From Thermoproteota archaeon (lineage in GTDB: Archaea > Thermoproteota > Thermoprotei > Gearchaeales > Gearchaeaceae): a DNA stretch of 64,000 nt. The position numbers were made by a program, and so were the translations under genes. Under the pieces are notes generated by a model. The model made no database searches. It was given only the letters and a program-made list of their open reading frames with translations, and was not told the DNA's origin. Of the stretch, positions 58,940 to 64,000 are shown piece by piece. Each line of letters begins with the position of its first letter. Positions within the stretch are counted from its first letter, which is position 1. Where the stretch lies: assembly GCA_032249235.1 (NCBI GenBank), contig JAVVGF010000001.1, positions 320,001-384,000 of the forward strand. The letters run 5' to 3'.

Positions 58940-59897
58940 ATGAAGATGAATGTTAGGAGTTTAAGATACTACGACATTCCTCAATTAACAAAATTATATA
59001 ATGAAGAAATGGCTTATGATCCAGACTTTCGACCCCTAAATCCTAATGAATTCGAAGCAAGATTCATTGAACAACCTTTCATAACTGAAGATTTGATTTT
59101 TGTTTGTGAACAAAATGATAAATTATTAGGTTGCATTATAGCTGACATAGATCAGCTTGTTGAATTAAAATTTGGTAAGAAAATCGCAATAATAGATTTA
59201 ATTTTAGCAAAAAAGGAAAAGTTTGAAGAAACACTACATGTTTTGTTAGAGAATCTTTTTGAAAAGATAGATAAAGAAGGAGCAAAAGAAATCCAAGTCC
59301 ATTTCATTGCAGATAATTTCAAAATCCTTCATGATTTTTTGATTTCAGAAGGGTTTAAATTAGATAGAGAATGGTATTATATGGAAAGTAAGGTTAAATA
59401 TTACGAGCTAGAGGATTTACCCAGCGGTTTCAAATGGGATTATATAAAATTCAAAGGCAGGCATGCTAATGCAAAAAAAATGGTTGCAATGTCATAACGA
59501 AGCATTCAAGGATCATTATGGTATGCGACCATTAAGATATGAAGAATTAAAGTCTTATACTTTAGAAGAAAACTTCGATCCTAAAGGATATTTCGGGATA
59601 TATGAAATTAATAGAAAAAGATTTATCGCTCAATGTTCATGCGAAATCGATCAAAAATTAAACGAATACAAAAATATGAAGAGAGCAATCATTTGGACTG
59701 TAGGAGTTATAGAAGAATATAGGAATAGGGGCTTTGGAAGAATGCTTGTTAAAAAAGCTTTCAATTGGGCATATGAAAAAGGTATGCAAACAGTTGCTAT
59801 ACATGTTGATTCGCAAAACAACGTTGCTTATAATTTATATTCAAGTCTAGGCTTTACAGCAATAAGGAAAAGATTATTCTATAGTATTGCGTTCTAA
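58940..59897 (+). pseudogene. Tandem GNAT acetyltransferase (MshD-like architecture), split by a one-base frameshift in an A8 run
   Basis: ORFs 58940-59497 and 59463-59897 fuse (NAKKWLQCHNEAFKDH) if one A is removed from 59473-59480; second domain has GVIEEYRNRGFG and VDSQN..AYNLY..LGF. Confidence 0.7.
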
Positions 59898-61061
59898 TAT
59901 CCCTGTTATACTTGAAAATATACTTAGAGTTTCTTTTAATAATTCTTGAGATTTTTCATCTAAGTTATATCGATCTAGAATATCCTTTAGCGAAAGCCAT
60001 GTTTTTATTGCTCCATGAGAATTCAAATTATTCCCAATATATTTTAAAAAAATATTTTTATGTTTTTCAATTTGGTTAATTAGGTTTTTCTTTTTTCTTC
60101 CTTTATTTATTTTAATGGATTTTAATCTTTTTCTAATTTTTTGAGCATAATATAAAGAATTGAAATTAAAATTATAATCTCTGTTTATTTTCATTAGATA
60201 ATAATAAATTCTTAATACGTCCATATCATATTTGTTCATTATATCCCTATAATAAATTATATTCCCTAAAGATTTTGACATTTTTTCACCTTTATAATTC
60301 AATAGACCCATGTGTATGAAATAGCGCGATATTGGATAGATTTTTTCGTAATACTCGCCAAGAAGTAAAATAAATTCATGATGTGGAAATATCAATTCTT
60401 TAGCTCCAATGTGAATATCGCAATAACCTCCTAGAAAATTCTCTATAACTGTGAAATCTTGTAAATGCCATCCAACCATACCATTGCCAAGCTTTGGATC
60501 GATTTCATCTCCGTTTCTTAACCATAATTTGAAATCGCAAGGATTTCTTTTATTTTCAGAAGGCTCTAAAAGAAGATTGAAGATGTAGTTTCTTTCTAAT
60601 TTAGATAAGGACCCAAGATATTTAGAGCGTGAAATATCACAGTAAATTCCTTCCTTTGTTTCATATGCTAAGTTTTTGCTTAAAAGATCTAAAATTATTT
60701 TAGTAGATTCTTGAATAAGCTTTGAAGGTCTTACGAAGAAAACTTTGTCGTTTATGATTTTTTGAATATCCTCGGTTACTCTATCGAAATACCTATCCGC
60801 TATTTCTTTTGCTCTAACTTTTTCTCTTTGAGCTTTTTCTAAGATTTTAATATCCATATCTGTTAAGTTTATTACGATTTCTGTTCTAAGCCCGAGGAAT
60901 TTTAAATATCTGTTTACCAAATCTGTTGTTAGCAACACTCTTAAATGACCTAAATGAACGTCATCATAAAGAGTAGGACCACATACGAAAATTTTAACAG
61001 TTTCTTCAAGAGGTTTAAAAAGTTCGAATTTACCTAGAATTCTGTTGTAGAGCCTAAGCAT
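59874..61061 (-). CDS. Cysteinyl-tRNA synthetase-like class I ligase, truncated and divergent
   Basis: CGPTLYDDVHLGH, NLTD, DFKLW, GWHLQD, LIFPHHE, KMSKSLGN; 395 aa, ends after a DALR-like helix. Confidence 0.8.
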   Translation of the reverse strand: MLRLYNRILGKFELFKPLEETVKIFVCGPTLYDDVHLGHLRVLLTTDLVNRYLKFLGLRTEIVINLTDMDIKILEKAQREKVRAKEIADRYFDRVTEDIQKIINDKVFFVRPSKLIQESTKIILDLLSKNLAYETKEGIYCDISRSKYLGSLSKLERNYIFNLLLEPSENKRNPCDFKLWLRNGDEIDPKLGNGMVGWHLQDFTVIENFLGGYCDIHIGAKELIFPHHEFILLLGEYYEKIYPISRYFIHMGLLNYKGEKMSKSLGNIIYYRDIMNKYDMDVLRIYYYLMKINRDYNFNFNSLYYAQKIRKRLKSIKINKGRKKKNLINQIEKHKNIFLKYIGNNLNSHGAIKTWLSLKDILDRYNLDEKSQELLKETLSIFSSITGILERNTIE

Positions 61062-61097
61062 GAAGAATTTATTTATGAGACTGAATTTAAGCTTTTA

Positions 61098-61340
61098 ATG
61101 AGAATCAAGCTCAAAAATGCTCAAGACTTAGCAAGATATGTATCCTCTCTTAATGTTGATGAAGGAATAAGAATAACATATGAAGATATAATTTTATTAA
61201 TTACTAGATATGACATGAAATATTATTTAGAAATTAGAAGCCAAAAAAGTACCGATAAAATAATATTTGAAAAAATTGAAGAGATTATAAATTATGTGAG
61301 CAAGATCTTAGTTTTTCCAATTACTGCTGAAATTTATTAA
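61098..61340 (+). CDS. Small hypothetical protein
   Basis: 80 aa ORF filling the gap between divergent and convergent neighbours. Confidence 0.55.
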   Translation: MRIKLKNAQDLARYVSSLNVDEGIRITYEDIILLITRYDMKYYLEIRSQKSTDKIIFEKIEEIINYVSKILVFPITAEIY

Positions 61341-62065
61341 TATAGCTTTTGACACTCACTACAAAAATAAGATATTCTCTTTCTTTCGCCTATACGAACT
61401 CGATTTATTTTATTATTACATATACTACATGTTTTCTTTGCATATACTTTTAAAAAGTTTTTTAATCTTTCATTTTCTTTCCTAACTCTATAGAATAAAA
61501 TTGAAAATTCTCTTAATTTTTCTAATAATTCTAAAAGCTTTTCAGAACTTAGCTTCTCAATTTTTGATGCAGGATGGATTTTTGCAAGATAAAGCGCTTC
61601 ATTCTTTATTATATTTCCTACACCTGGAAAGATATTTTGATCTAAGAGGATATCTGAAATAATTCCTTTTTTATCCTTTAGTAAATTCATCATTTCATTA
61701 ACATTCCATTCCTCATCCAAGATATCTTTTGCTTTCGGATTTTCGACTTTAACGAGCTTCGTGACTGAGCAATTATAAAAATATGCCTTATGCTTATTCT
61801 CCAAAGCTAGTCTTACTTTATTCCTTTCCTTTATAAGCTCATCGATTGAATAACTTCCATACATTAAAAAATGTATTTTAATATACCCTACACCTTCGAT
61901 ATTAAAAAACAGATTTTTTCCGTAGCTAAAGACATCATTTATTTTTTTGTTTATTAATTCTTTAAAATCAATTTTTTTAGAATTACCCCATGCGTTGTGA
62001 ATAATTTCATTAAGCATCAATTCATTCAATTTTTCAGCTACAACTTTTACAGAAGGGCCCTCCAT
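61337..62065 (-). CDS. Fpg/Nei family DNA glycosylase/AP lyase (endonuclease VIII-like)
   Basis: EGP N-terminus, GKNLF, HFLMYG, H2TH LLDQNIFPGVGNIIKNE, C4 Zn finger. Confidence 0.88.
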   Translation of the reverse strand: MEGPSVKVVAEKLNELMLNEIIHNAWGNSKKIDFKELINKKINDVFSYGKNLFFNIEGVGYIKIHFLMYGSYSIDELIKERNKVRLALENKHKAYFYNCSVTKLVKVENPKAKDILDEEWNVNEMMNLLKDKKGIISDILLDQNIFPGVGNIIKNEALYLAKIHPASKIEKLSSEKLLELLEKLREFSILFYRVRKENERLKNFLKVYAKKTCSICNNKINRVRIGERKRISYFCSECQKLY

Positions 62066-62793
62066 TATTTCATTATAATTTTCTGAAATTCTTTTGCATC
62101 TTCGAACATAAATATATTATTAAATAAAATATATTTTTGTTTTGCATGAATTTTATCTACATTCTCTTTTAAAACATTTAAATCGTTTAACGTAAACTTA
62201 TAACTATACATCTTTTTGCCTGGTGGAGAACCATGAAGTCTAGTATATAATATTTCTTTTGTTGAAAGATATACAGGTTTTCCTGCAAATAAATCTACGC
62301 AATGAATTAAATCGAATTTTTCACAAAGTTTTCTTATATTCTCTTCACTCCATCCACGTAACTCTATAGCTATATTTATTTCATTCTTTTTTATTAAACT
62401 GAAAAATTGCTCAGCATTATTTATATTTTCAGGTGTATCCTTAAAGCTAGCTGGAAGCTGTATTAAACAAATTTTTGCATCCAAAATCTTGCATATTTCA
62501 AGAGTTTTCTCCCAAGAATCGAATACTTCTTTGCTAGGTTGAAGGTTTCCATATTTACTATTTTTGTCAATTTTCATCTTTGATCTCTTCCAGGTAGGAC
62601 TTGAAGGAGGATGTGTTACACCTTGAAAACACTTAACTGTAAATTCAAAATCTGCAGGAGCTTCTTTTCTTAATTCTTTCATTCTTTCGACTTCAGGAAT
62701 GTTATAAAAAGTTTCTTGCAGCTCGACCACCTTGAATATTTTAAAATATTCTTTTCTACTTCTTTGAAAACCGCAACATCCTACTTTTATCAT
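62065..62793 (-). CDS. DUF72 (YecE-like) protein
   Basis: VGCCG, VELQETFY, FTVK, QLPASF, ELRG, RLHG, FNN; ATG 62793 or 62808. Confidence 0.9.
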   Translation of the reverse strand: MIKVGCCGFQRSRKEYFKIFKVVELQETFYNIPEVERMKELRKEAPADFEFTVKCFQGVTHPPSSPTWKRSKMKIDKNSKYGNLQPSKEVFDSWEKTLEICKILDAKICLIQLPASFKDTPENINNAEQFFSLIKKNEINIAIELRGWSEENIRKLCEKFDLIHCVDLFAGKPVYLSTKEILYTRLHGSPPGKKMYSYKFTLNDLNVLKENVDKIHAKQKYILFNNIFMFEDAKEFQKIIMK

Positions 62794-62857
62794 ACAAAAA
62801 AATTTCATAAAAGATTTTTAAGTAAAATTTTAATTCATTCAATTCTAAATCATACAT

Positions 62858-63184
62858 GTGTCTATAACCGTTGAAGATTTGAAGAAAATAGATTTAAGAG
62901 TAGGAAAGGTAATTGAAGCCAAAAGAGTAGAAGGGACGGATAAACTCCTGTTACTAAAAGTGAGTCTAGGGAATGAAACAAGAAATATTGTAGCAGGAAT
63001 TGGGGATCAATATGAACCTGAATATTTATTGGGAAGAAATATTGTTATCGTTGCAAATTTGAAGCCTAGAGTCATAAGAGGAATAGAAAGCCAAGGGATG
63101 ATGTTATGTGCTGTTGATGATGAGGAAAATGTATATCCGATAACAACTTTAGGCGATGCTAAAGAAGGATCCAGGGTTTATTGA
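62858..63184 (+). CDS. tRNA-binding protein (Trbp111/CsaA/MetRS C-terminal-like)
   Basis: DLRVGKV, DKLL, NLKPRVIRGIESQGM. Confidence 0.9.
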   Translation: MSITVEDLKKIDLRVGKVIEAKRVEGTDKLLLLKVSLGNETRNIVAGIGDQYEPEYLLGRNIVIVANLKPRVIRGIESQGMMLCAVDDEENVYPITTLGDAKEGSRVY

Positions 63185-63185
63185 A

Positions 63186-64000
63186 ATGCAAATTCCTAAT
63201 CTTTTGGATAATCCAATTTTTTTAAAAAAATTTTCCTTATTAGAAAAGGCTCTTCAAAGAGAACTTGAGCGCTATAAAGATTCATTATATTATGAGTCTC
63301 TTTTGTATGCACTTAAAGGAGGTAAAAGATTAAGACCGATTTTGCTTCTTCTTTGTTCTGAAATAATAGGTGAACCTGTTAAAGAACCTTATTCTGCAGC
63401 GATTATTGTTGAATTAATCCATACTGTCTCATTGGTTCATGATGATATGATAGATAAAGATGTTTATAGAAGAGGAATGGAAAGTTATCATGTAAAATAT
63501 GGAGAAGAGCAAGCTTTGTTGCTCGCTGATTTCGTTTTATCGTTGGTATTAGAACTTTCTATGAGGTATGCTGATACTGAAATACCTTATTTGATATCTC
63601 GAACTGTAAGAAAAATGAGCGAAGGCCAATTACTTGAAGTTAAATTGAGATCTAAAGAGAAAATCACTTGGGATGAATATTTCAAAATTATCGATGGTAA
63701 AACAGCATCGCTTTTTGAGCTTTCTTCAAGAGCAGGTGCAATATTAACTACAGAGGATCCTTACTTAATCAAAGCGATTTCAGATTTTGGAAGAAATTTG
63801 GGTATACTTTATCAGATATATGATGATTTGAGAGATTGGTCTAAGAAGGAATATGTTCAAAAATTAGAAGTAGAGAACAAAAATGAATTTTTGAAGAAAA
63901 AAATGGAGCATTACCATAATCTAGCTTATAAATCATTAAATCTTTTACCTGAAAGTGTTTCAAAGGATTTATTACTAAAGTTTTTAGACATTATTTTGAA
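63186..64000 (+). CDS. Polyprenyl diphosphate synthase (GGPP synthase-like), truncated by window end
   Basis: Hand translation: GGKRLRP, SLVHDDMID...RRG, GQ, KTASLF, YQIYDDLRD; open to the end of the window. Confidence 0.9.
   Translation, partial: MQIPNLLDNPIFLKKFSLLEKALQRELERYKDSLYYESLLYALKGGKRLRPILLLLCSEIIGEPVKEPYSAAIIVELIHTVSLVHDDMIDKDVYRRGMESYHVKYGEEQALLLADFVLSLVLELSMRYADTEIPYLISRTVRKMSEGQLLEVKLRSKEKITWDEYFKIIDGKTASLFELSSRAGAILTTEDPYLIKAISDFGRNLGILYQIYDDLRDWSKKEYVQKLEVENKNEFLKKKMEHYHNLAYKSLNLLPESVSKDLLLKFLDIIL

Noticed and set aside
1-64000. CRISPR arrays, rRNA, defence islands, proviral genes
   Set aside because: No repeat-spacer pattern, no long GC-rich RNA gene, and no cas, integrase, transposase or capsid motifs recognised by eye

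Overview
AT-rich (roughly 30% GC by eye), gene-dense archaeal chromosome segment. A Thermoproteota/TACK-like, probably aerobic heterotroph is inferred from Cdc6, a CdvB-type ESCRT-III, type II GAPDH, AdkA, Trm1, Elp3, Dpo4, SOD and TATA-driven, apparently leaderless genes. Content is mostly housekeeping and catabolic: nuoLM, trxB, purS/L/Q, gap-pgk, a 2-oxoacid dehydrogenase complex with lipA/lipB, paaF/G/J-like genes, methylmalonyl-CoA mutase plus methylcitrate cycle, fixCX, and one tRNA-Cys(GCA). I found no CRISPR array, intact transposon or provirus. The most notable oddities are: (1) a PolD small-subunit (DP1) homolog near cdc6 with most exonuclease metal ligands lost, resembling a eukaryotic B-subunit; (2) a truncated, ligand-altered CysRS paralog convergent with a frameshifted tandem GNAT (MshC/MshD-like pairing); (3) an ESCRT-III gene ahead of an NfeD-NfeD-stomatin cluster; (4) a perfect 43-bp repeat shared by two divergent crotonase genes; (5) a solo IS200/IS605-type end hairpin supplying the lipA stop codon; (6) a TRAM gene with no canonical start codon. 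All assignments come from motif recognition by eye; no database searches were run.
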